DNA of 64,000 nucleotides from an uncultured Oscillospiraceae bacterium (GTDB lineage Bacteria; Bacillota; Clostridia; Oscillospirales; Acutalibacteraceae): NCBI GenBank assembly GCA_900554335.1, contig USGT01000007.1, positions 15,235 to 79,234 of the forward strand, read 5' to 3'. Shown piece by piece: positions 56,820 to 64,000 of this stretch (position 1 is its first letter; each line of letters starts with the position of its first letter). The notes under the pieces were generated by a model. It saw only the letters and a program-made list of their open reading frames with translations, ran no database searches and was not told where the DNA came from. The position numbers and the translations under genes were made by a program.

Positions 56820-57995
56820 ATGCTCGACACAAAACTATTTTTTAATATATTAAACGACAAAGATTTTTTTAACCTAAAAAAACTCGCCTATAAATACGGC
56901 ACGAAAACCATCTCGGAATTAACTGAAATATTAAAGCTCACTTCCTACAAAAAAATTTTCAAAACAAGCTTTAAAAATGCCGATCTTGTTTACCTTCCGA
57001 TGCTCATAAATGTTTCCGACAGCGTTTACAAAACGCTTTTGATCGAACAATTTGGCGAAAATCTTATAACGCAAAGCATGGAAAATGAAATTGAAAACAC
57101 TTTAAAAATCGAAAGTATTCATTCGAGCAAAAACAGCATTCGCAATATTGTTCAGGGCTTTGCGCCAAAAACTGACGAAGAAAACAAAATTTACGGCATT
57201 AAAAAGGGGCTTGATTTCATTTCTGATAAATCAAACGTTATAAACGAAGAAAATCTTCATAAACTTTACTGCGTTTCAATTGGAAATTATTTAGAGCCTG
57301 AAGATAAACTGAAAGTGGGCAATTTTTACCGCCATGATGTGGTTTATGTTGTGGGCGATAAAATTTCTCACCAAGGCCTCGATTTCAAGCTTCTACCCGA
57401 AACAATGAAAACTTTTTTGGAATTTATAAACCAAAAAGATGATTTAAATATCATAATTAAGTCGACTATAATTCATTTTTATTTTTCTTTTATTCACCCA
57501 TATTTTGACGGCAACGGCCGCATGGCGAGGCTTTTGCACATATGGTATTTGATTCAAAATAATTTTAGTTCGGCGTTGCTGGTTTCATTTTCGAAGCTAA
57601 TCGCCGGAACAAAGAATGAATATTACAAAGCTTTTGAGCTAATTGAAAACAACAGCAAAATTTCCGGCGTGCTTGACGTTACCCCGTTTATTTCTTACTT
57701 TAATAAAAATGTTTTTAGCAACATAAATTCGCAGTTACCGAACAAAAATTTGCTTGAAAAGTTCAAAAATTTACTGGAAAATAAAAAAATTAACCCTAAA
57801 GAAAAAGACCTATTTTTGTTTGCAGTTTTTAAATACAAAAATCAGGAATTTTCTACTTTAGAATTAAAAAAAGATTTTGGAGAAGTTTCTTATGAGACTG
57901 TAAGGAAATTCGTTAAAAAATTTGAACGATATAACTTTTTAAAATCGCAATTTTATGGAACAAATAGAGTTAAATATCACTTTTTAGAATATTAA
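56820..57995 (+). CDS. Fic/DOC family protein
   Basis: Fic motif HPYFDGNGRMARLL. GAGGAGG RBS. A 26-bp palindrome lies upstream. Confidence 0.85.
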   Translation: MLDTKLFFNILNDKDFFNLKKLAYKYGTKTISELTEILKLTSYKKIFKTSFKNADLVYLPMLINVSDSVYKTLLIEQFGENLITQSMENEIENTLKIESIHSSKNSIRNIVQGFAPKTDEENKIYGIKKGLDFISDKSNVINEENLHKLYCVSIGNYLEPEDKLKVGNFYRHDVVYVVGDKISHQGLDFKLLPETMKTFLEFINQKDDLNIIIKSTIIHFYFSFIHPYFDGNGRMARLLHIWYLIQNNFSSALLVSFSKLIAGTKNEYYKAFELIENNSKISGVLDVTPFISYFNKNVFSNINSQLPNKNLLEKFKNLLENKKINPKEKDLFLFAVFKYKNQEFSTLELKKDFGEVSYETVRKFVKKFERYNFLKSQFYGTNRVKYHFLEY

Positions 57996-58038
57996 AAATG
58001 CCTCTCAAAATATTTGAAAGACACTTCTTAAATATATT

Positions 58039-58305
58039 TTATTCTGTTGTGAACCCACGTTCGATCATTTTAACTAATTGATCAACAGCTTCTTTCTCAT
58101 CTGCACCGTCTGCGATTATTTTAATTGTGGTGTTTCCCACGATACCGAGCGAAAGAATTCCAAGAAGACTCTTTGCGTTAACTCTTCTTTCTTCCTTTTC
58201 TACCCAAATTGAAGATTTAAATTCATTAGCTTTTTGTATGAAATAGGTTGCAGGTCTTGCATAAAGCCCAACGCTGTTTTCAACCGTTACTTCTCTAACA
58301 TACAT
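58039..58305 (-). CDS. HPr-like phosphocarrier protein with Tyr at catalytic His15 position (Crh-like)
   Basis: HPr fold throughout. The His15 site reads GLYARPA instead of G(I/L)HARPA. The Ser46 region NAKSLLGILSLG is conserved. Confidence 0.75.
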   Translation of the reverse strand: MYVREVTVENSVGLYARPATYFIQKANEFKSSIWVEKEERRVNAKSLLGILSLGIVGNTTIKIIADGADEKEAVDQLVKMIERGFTTE

Positions 58306-58493
58306 AGTTATTCCCCCTAGATGTAAAATTATTGTAGTCTTTTAATAAGTAATTATTATTATAGCAAAATCATTATTTTAGTCAACAATCAAAATTATTT
58401 TTGTTTGATTTACACAATTTGATAATATTTCAAGCAAAAGTAAATTATCTATTTTAACAAATTTCATCGCTATTTTTGTGTAAATTATACATT

Positions 58494-59177
58494 TTATAAT
58501 TTTTCAAGCAAATCCGGACGATACTTTTTCGTCTCAATCAAAGCTTGCTCATGTTTCCATTTTTCAATGTTCGCATGGTGCCCCGAAAGAAGAACATCAG
58601 GAACCTTTTTGCCCCGCCATTCGTAAGGCTTTGTGTATTGAGGATGCTCCAAAAGGCCATCGTAATGGCTTTCTTCTTCGAAGCAAACATTTTCAGACAA
58701 AACCCCAGGAACAAGCCGCGCAACAGCATCGGCAAGAACCAGCGCTGGCATTTCACCGCCTGTTAAAACATAATCACCGATTGAAATTTGCATATCAACA
58801 AGCTCATCAAGAACTCTTTGGTCAACGCCTTCGTAATGGCCGCATAAAATCGCAATATTATCAAAATCTTTAAGGTTTTTCGCAATATTTTGATTCAGAA
58901 CTTGGCCTTTCGGAGACATATAAATAAGCATTGGCCTTTTTTCTCGCTCATTACAAATGTTTTCAAAGCACTTGTAAATTGGCTCTGCGAGCATAAGCAT
59001 GCCTTTGCCCCCACCATAAGGAGTGTCATCAACCCGCTTATGTTTATCGTATGCAAAGTCCCTTATTTGATGACACTTAATTTCGATAATTCCTTTTTTT
59101 CTGGCTCTTCCTATGATACTTTCAGACAAAAATGCTTCGCACATTTCCGGGAAAAGCGTCATTATGTCAATTATCAT
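58494..59177 (-). CDS. trmD: tRNA (guanine37-N1)-methyltransferase
   Basis: N-terminus IDIMTLFPEM and the motif …YGGGKGMLM…. Confidence 0.9.
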   Translation of the reverse strand: MIIDIMTLFPEMCEAFLSESIIGRARKKGIIEIKCHQIRDFAYDKHKRVDDTPYGGGKGMLMLAEPIYKCFENICNEREKRPMLIYMSPKGQVLNQNIAKNLKDFDNIAILCGHYEGVDQRVLDELVDMQISIGDYVLTGGEMPALVLADAVARLVPGVLSENVCFEEESHYDGLLEHPQYTKPYEWRGKKVPDVLLSGHHANIEKWKHEQALIETKKYRPDLLEKL

Positions 59178-59685
59178 CAAAAACACCTTTTATCGGATTA
59201 ACACTTATAAACTCGTTTTCAAGGTCAATTTTTTCAATCGTTCCGTCTATAATCGGAAGCAAAAATTCCTTGCCTGCCTCATTTTTAACAACGTAAATAT
59301 CGTTGGCGCCGGTGTTCATAACGTCTTCCAAAGTGCCGTAATTTTCGCCGGAAACTGCATCCGTAATCTTCAAACCTTTTAAATCTTCAATGAAATATCT
59401 ATCTTCAGCAAGCGGAATATCTTCACGAAAAGCATAAAGCTTTTTGCCCCTTAAAAGTTCTGCTTCATTCCTCGAACTTACATTTTTTAGCTTCAAAATA
59501 ACTTGAGATTTATGAATTTTCTTGCTGGTTATTTCGAGCGGCTGCGCATTGACATCTAAAAATAATTTTTGAATCAAAAGAAAATCTTCAGGGCTGTCAG
59601 TCCAAGTTTGAACTTTAATTTCGCCGTAAATTCCTCTTGCTGCCAAAACTTTGCCAACGGAAAAATACTTATTATTTTTCGACAT
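59167..59685 (-). CDS. rimM: 16S rRNA processing protein RimM
   Basis: The motifs …VGKVLAARGIYGEIKV… (RimM N-domain) and a PRC barrel fit RimM. Lies in the ffh-rpsP-rimM-trmD operon. Confidence 0.9.
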   Translation of the reverse strand: MSKNNKYFSVGKVLAARGIYGEIKVQTWTDSPEDFLLIQKLFLDVNAQPLEITSKKIHKSQVILKLKNVSSRNEAELLRGKKLYAFREDIPLAEDRYFIEDLKGLKITDAVSGENYGTLEDVMNTGANDIYVVKNEAGKEFLLPIIDGTIEKIDLENEFISVNPIKGVFDDN

Positions 59686-59851
59686 AATTCTCCTCAAATA
59701 TTATAGCGAAAATCATCCGGAAAGTTCCCGAACGAGTTCCCAAAAATTTTAAACTGCCGTTAGAAAAAGCAAAACCTGTAGAAGCAAAAATTTCTTTGCT
59801 GTGTGCCGCAAACTACAAGTTTTACTAATATAAATTTTTCATAATTTAAGA

Positions 59852-60100
59852 TTAGTCTTTATTTTCTGCAAGCTCTTTGCTTAAAATTGCTTTAACTCTG
59901 TCGGTTGGTTGAGCGCCGTTTTTAATCCATTTTTTAGCTTTTTCAACGTCAAGTTTGATTTCAGCTGGTTCAGTCATTGGGTTAAAGAAACCGATTTCTT
60001 CAATGCAACGGCCATCTCTTGGAGATCTTGAATCTGCTACTACTATTCTGTAAAAAGGTTTTTTATGAGCACCCATTCTGCGAAGTCTGATTTTTACTGC
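59852..60100 (-). CDS. rpsP: 30S ribosomal protein S16
   Basis: [41 protein letters not shown]. Confidence 0.95.
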   Translation of the reverse strand, partial: AVKIRLRRMGAHKKPFYRIVVADSRSPRDGRCIEEIGFFNPMTEPAEIKLDVEKAKKWIKNGAQPTDRVKAILSKELAENKD

Positions 60101-60143
60101 CATTTTAAATTCCTCCATCAAAATATTTTTTTAATTTTAGGCC

Positions 60144-61496
60144 TTAGCCAAAAAGCCTCGGGAACCCCATTTTCGGGAAACCCTTTTTGAATTTTCCACC
60201 GAATTTTTTCATCATTTTCTGCATTTGCTCAAACTGTTTAAGAAGTCTATTTACGTCTTCGACCTTAACGCCGCTACCCGCCGCAATTCTTCTTTTCCTT
60301 GAAGGGTTTATTATCGAAGGCTTTTGCCTTTCTTCGCGGGTCATGGATAGAATAATCGAAAATGTTCGGTCAATCATTCTGTCATCGATGTCTATGTCTT
60401 TCAGCTGGCTGCCCATTCCTGGGAGTTTAGTCAAAATTGATTTAAGCGGCCCTAATTTTTTGATTTGCATGAATTGATCTTTTAAATCGTCTAAATCAAA
60501 GCTGTTTTTCTTCAATTTTTGAGCTACTCTTTCAGCTTCATTTCTATCGATCGTTGCTGCAGCATCTTCTATAAGCGTTAAAACGTCGCCCATTCCCAAG
60601 ATTCTTGAAGCCATTCTGTCAGGGTGGAAATCTTCAAGATTTTCGGGCTTTTCACCTGCACCGATGAATTTAATCGGTTTGCCGGTTATGGCTTTAATCG
60701 AAAGCGCCGCACCGCCTCTTGTGTCGCCGTCAAGTTTCGTTAAAATCACGCCTGTAATATCAAGCATTTCGTTAAACGAATTTGCCACGTTAACTGCATC
60801 CTGGCCGGTCATTGCGTCAACAACGAGCAAAATTTCTTGAGGAGTTAAAAGTTCTTTTATGGTTTTTAGCTCGTTCATTAAAACTTCGTCGATGTGAAGC
60901 CTTCCTGCGGTGTCAAGGATAATAACGTCGTTTCCGTAATCTTTCGCGTATTTAACGGCCTCCAAAGCTATTTTCTCGGGTTTTTCTTCGCCCATTTCGA
61001 AAACATGAACTCCGATTTTTTCGCCAAGAACTTTAAGCTGAGTTATAGCCGCCGGACGATAGATATCGCAAGCAACTAAAAGTGGCCTGTGGCCTTGCTT
61101 TTTGAGCATGTAAGCAAGTTTTGCGGCGTGGGTTGTTTTTCCTGAGCCTTGAAGTCCGCAAAGCATTATGACTGTCGGTGGTTTTGAAGCCATTGTTAGC
61201 CTTGTTTTTTCGCCGCCCATGAGCGATACTAGCTCTTCATTAACTATTTTTATAACCATCTGAGCAGGTGTAAGGCTTTGCATAACCTCTGCCCCAACGG
61301 CTCTTTCTGTTACTTTGTTTGTGAAATCTTTAGCAACTTTATAGTTAACGTCCGCTTCCAGAAGCGCTATTCTCACTTCTCGCATTGAAGATTTAACGTC
61401 AGATTCCGTGAGCTTGCCTTTTGATTTTAATTTTTTAAACGCAGCCGATATTTTTTCGGTAAGACTTTCAAATGCCAAAATATCACCAGCTTTCAA
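60144..61496 (-). CDS. ffh: signal recognition particle protein Ffh
   Basis: N and G domains (GLQGSGKTT, DTAGR) and a Met-rich M domain. Confidence 0.95.
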   Translation of the reverse strand: MKAGDILAFESLTEKISAAFKKLKSKGKLTESDVKSSMREVRIALLEADVNYKVAKDFTNKVTERAVGAEVMQSLTPAQMVIKIVNEELVSLMGGEKTRLTMASKPPTVIMLCGLQGSGKTTHAAKLAYMLKKQGHRPLLVACDIYRPAAITQLKVLGEKIGVHVFEMGEEKPEKIALEAVKYAKDYGNDVIILDTAGRLHIDEVLMNELKTIKELLTPQEILLVVDAMTGQDAVNVANSFNEMLDITGVILTKLDGDTRGGAALSIKAITGKPIKFIGAGEKPENLEDFHPDRMASRILGMGDVLTLIEDAAATIDRNEAERVAQKLKKNSFDLDDLKDQFMQIKKLGPLKSILTKLPGMGSQLKDIDIDDRMIDRTFSIILSMTREERQKPSIINPSRKRRIAAGSGVKVEDVNRLLKQFEQMQKMMKKFGGKFKKGFPKMGFPRLFG

Positions 61497-61849
61497 ATTT
61501 TGTGTTTTAAACCACTTGCCATTTGCTCAATTTTTTCCGCCTTCAAAGCCAAAGTTTCGTCATTAGCAGAGTTTTTTATTTCAGATGCAGTGGCCGTTAT
61601 TTCTTCAAGGGTTGCAGTAATTTTACGCATTTTTTCCAAAAAACCAAGCGAATTTTCTATTTTTAATAAAATAGCTTCCGAGCGCTTTATGGAATCGTAA
61701 ACGCCTTGACGAGATTTGCCTGTGTGGTAAGAAATTTCAGATAAAGACAAATCCTGATTATAATAAAGATCAATGCTTTTAAACTGAATCGGTGAAAGAA
61801 CTTTACCGTAAAGGTCAAGCAGCATTGCTATCTCAGTGTTTTTGTCCAT
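61493..61849 (-). CDS. ylxM: YlxM/UPF0122 putative HTH protein
   Basis: Sigma-70 region-4-like HTH (…SLSEISYHTGKSRQGVYDSIKR…). Conserved position upstream of ffh. Confidence 0.85.
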   Translation of the reverse strand: MDKNTEIAMLLDLYGKVLSPIQFKSIDLYYNQDLSLSEISYHTGKSRQGVYDSIKRSEAILLKIENSLGFLEKMRKITATLEEITATASEIKNSANDETLALKAEKIEQMASGLKHKI

Positions 61850-62078
61850 AAAATCATCTTCTTACTTTTTAAAGTACCTGAAATAATTTCTAAAACTATG
61901 TAAAGACACCAAAAGCGACTCAAACAGTTTTTAGCTTGTAAAGCATTTTACTTTACAGCTCTTTTCTAGTTTACATTAAACTCATTTATATGTCAAGAAA
62001 AATTTTTGAGTAATAATATTATTTAAAAAGAAATATAAATTTTAAGAGCTCAAAGCAACAAACTAAGGAATGAAAACA

Positions 62079-62972
62079 ATGAAATTTAAGTTTTATTTCA
62101 GCAAAAAGCTCTGGTTAAAGCTGACCGCTCTTTGCGCAATTTTTTCGCTTGTTTCGCTGACGTGCTGGGCGCTTAACCTTCAAAGCAAAACCGCTCCAAA
62201 AGAAACTCACGAAGGAGAAGTCAGGCTGCCGGTTCTTATGTATCATTTGGTTCTTAAAAACCCGAAATGCAAAAATAAATTCATAGTTTCGGAGGAAACT
62301 TTCGAGCAAGACCTTAAATACATAAAAGAAAACGGCTACGAAACCATTTTGGTTAATGATTTAATTGAATTCACCGAAGGCAAAAAAGATCTTCCTGCAA
62401 AACCGATTTTGCTAACATTCGATGACGGAGCTTTCAATAACTATCTTTATGCATTTCCGCTTGCAAAGAAATACGGCATGAAGTTCGTTTTCTCGCCCAT
62501 TGCGAAAGAAGCTGAAAAATACAGCAAAATAAACGACGAAAACCCTTCTTACGCTCACGCAAACTGGAACCATATTTCAGAAATGCAAAAAAGCGGCCTG
62601 GTTGAAATTCAAAATCACACTTACGATATGCACCAAACCAAAAGCCCGCGCGTAGGCTGCACCAAAAATGCCGGGGAATCAAAAGAAGTTTACCGCGAAA
62701 AACTTTCAAACGATGTTTCAAAAGCGCAGGATTTAATAGAAAAAAACATAGGCTTTAAACCAACGGCTTTTTTCTACCCATTCGGGGCTTGCAGCAAATG
62801 CAGCGACGACATAATAAAATCGCTTGGCTTCAAAGCAACTTTTCTTTGCGAGAGCAAAATGAATTACATAAAAAGGTCGCCTGATTCGCTTTACAGGCTT
62901 AACAGATTCATAAGGCCGCAAGGGGTTCCTTCGAAAACATTTTTTGCAAGCATCGAAAAACAAACTAAATAA
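62079..62972 (+). CDS. polysaccharide deacetylase (NodB-homology) family protein, membrane-anchored
   Basis: NodB motifs (LTFDDG, …HTYDMH…) and an N-terminal anchor. Confidence 0.8.
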   Translation: MKFKFYFSKKLWLKLTALCAIFSLVSLTCWALNLQSKTAPKETHEGEVRLPVLMYHLVLKNPKCKNKFIVSEETFEQDLKYIKENGYETILVNDLIEFTEGKKDLPAKPILLTFDDGAFNNYLYAFPLAKKYGMKFVFSPIAKEAEKYSKINDENPSYAHANWNHISEMQKSGLVEIQNHTYDMHQTKSPRVGCTKNAGESKEVYREKLSNDVSKAQDLIEKNIGFKPTAFFYPFGACSKCSDDIIKSLGFKATFLCESKMNYIKRSPDSLYRLNRFIRPQGVPSKTFFASIEKQTK

Positions 62973-62986
62973 ATGGAGTGATTTTA

Positions 62987-63658
62987 ATGGCAAATGTTTA
63001 CTTTAAAATAATGGCTGAAGAGGGTTTCCTTTTGCCGGGAGGAAGCACCGCTGATTATTACCTTAATTTAATAGCAGATGAAACAACCGCATGCCTCAAT
63101 GCAAACGGAATAAGCTTCAGCACTCAGGCCGATGCGCCTGAAAACGCCGCTGAAATAGGGCTTAAAACCGAAAATTTAAAAAGCACCCAAACACCGGGGA
63201 TAAAAATAGTCTTTCCAAGCGGAGACCCTGAATCAAGCAGGCTTGCAAAAATAGTTCTCGAGAATATGAAAAAGATTTATTTTAATCCTTCAAATATAAA
63301 AATGATCCCCAGCAACACCCCTCGAGGCAAAGGGCCTTCGGTTACCATAGTTTTTGAAAACCCTCAAACCGAAGAAAACCTAATTTGGATAAGGCAAAAC
63401 ACAGAAGAAACCGCAGCTCAAATTATAATGTCTTTGACTGAGTTTTTCGGCGTGCCTTACGTTGCCTGCCAAGAAATGCAAACAGGCATGGCAAAAGAAG
63501 ACGAAAGCATAAGAAGCCGCCCGAGCTTAATTTCAGCCGTGGTAGGAAGCACAAACAAAGGCGAAAAGGTAAACGTCCTGGGGCAATGGGAAGACTGGTA
63601 TATTATTGGCGAAAACGGCAACATAGGCTACGTTCAAACTAAATTTATAGAAATCTAA
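62987..63658 (+). CDS. Amidase_3-like domain plus C-terminal SH3b domain protein
   Basis: The C-terminal half (…VTIVFENPQTEENLIWIRQNTEETAAQIIMSL…) resembles the Amidase_3 C-terminal region. The end (…GEKVNVLGQWEDWYIIGENGNIGYV…) is SH3b-like. Zn-ligand motifs were not identified. Confidence 0.4.
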   Translation: MANVYFKIMAEEGFLLPGGSTADYYLNLIADETTACLNANGISFSTQADAPENAAEIGLKTENLKSTQTPGIKIVFPSGDPESSRLAKIVLENMKKIYFNPSNIKMIPSNTPRGKGPSVTIVFENPQTEENLIWIRQNTEETAAQIIMSLTEFFGVPYVACQEMQTGMAKEDESIRSRPSLISAVVGSTNKGEKVNVLGQWEDWYIIGENGNIGYVQTKFIEI

Positions 63659-63736
63659 AAAAGTGTCCGCCAAAAAAGGTGGACATATTTTCTATTTGAG
63701 TATAAAATCACAGATAAGGAGGGTAATAAAAAAATT

Positions 63737-64000
63737 ATGCTATGCACTTATGAAAGTTTCATTAAAAAAATAAAAAACAAAAAAGTTTTGTTTTGCGGGA
63801 TCGGAAGGAGCAATCTTCCTTTCATGCAAATGCTGACCGAGGAGTCAGTTAATATATCGGTTTACGACGCTAAAAACGAAGAAAAAATAGCAAAAGAGAT
63901 TCTTGAAAACCTCAAAGCAAACAAAAATATTACTTTAAGGCTTGCTGATGAAAGCGTTTTTGAGGAATTTTTTGACGTTGTTATAAGAACTCCGGGAATG
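63737..64000 (+). CDS. murD: UDP-N-acetylmuramoylalanine--D-glutamate ligase, 5' partial (runs off window)
   Basis: The N-terminus …KKVLFCGIGRSNLPFMQML… is the MurD Rossmann start. GGAGGG RBS. Confidence 0.7.
   Translation, partial: MLCTYESFIKKIKNKKVLFCGIGRSNLPFMQMLTEESVNISVYDAKNEEKIAKEILENLKANKNITLRLADESVFEEFFDVVIRTPGM

Overview
This is a low-GC Bacillota (Clostridia-like) chromosomal window. The middle and right side are conserved housekeeping synteny. In order, these are recR-ybaB-dnaX-ffs(SRP RNA), yhaO/yhaN-like sbcCD, truA-ecfT-ecfA2-ecfA1, glmM, ruvCAB, ackA-pfkA, rpe, lspA-divIVA-sepF, miaA-mutL-mutS-ymcA-miaB, a two-component pair, yajC, tRNA-fMet, tRNA-Leu, and trmD-rimM-rpsP-ffh-ylxM ending in a partial murD. 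The left ~14 kb is accessory and decayed. It holds a tandem pair of secreted paralogs, one with a ~110-aa Ala/Gly hydrophobic segment, and an intact fluoride riboswitch in front of a frameshifted crcB. It also holds two tandem BspA-type Cys-rich LRR surface proteins. Around a tRNA-Arg(CCG) sit fragments of FMN-reductase, flavodoxin, cupin and 3HCDH genes. Most notable is a four-gene operon (10176-13753). It encodes a PI-PLC X-domain phosphodiesterase and a GHSRG alpha/beta-hydrolase (lipase-like), neither with a signal peptide. An NTF2-fold immunity-like protein and a small membrane protein follow. I read this as a candidate toxin/immunity (polymorphic-toxin-like) module with no recognisable trafficking domain. 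Other points worth a second look are two consensus sigma-A promoters with tight palindromic operators (upstream of a standalone Spo0A_C-domain gene and of an orphan gene) and a 26-bp palindrome with an embedded TATAAT upstream of a Fic gene. There is also an HPr-like protein with Tyr replacing the catalytic His15 (Crh-like), an apparent ATT start codon for ackA, and a holin-like plus GH25-LysM lysin cassette. No rRNA and no CRISPR array were seen. All coordinates I derived by hand (tRNAs, riboswitch, motifs, alternative starts) may be off by 1-2 nt. One manual index disagreed with the ORF track by 1 nt.
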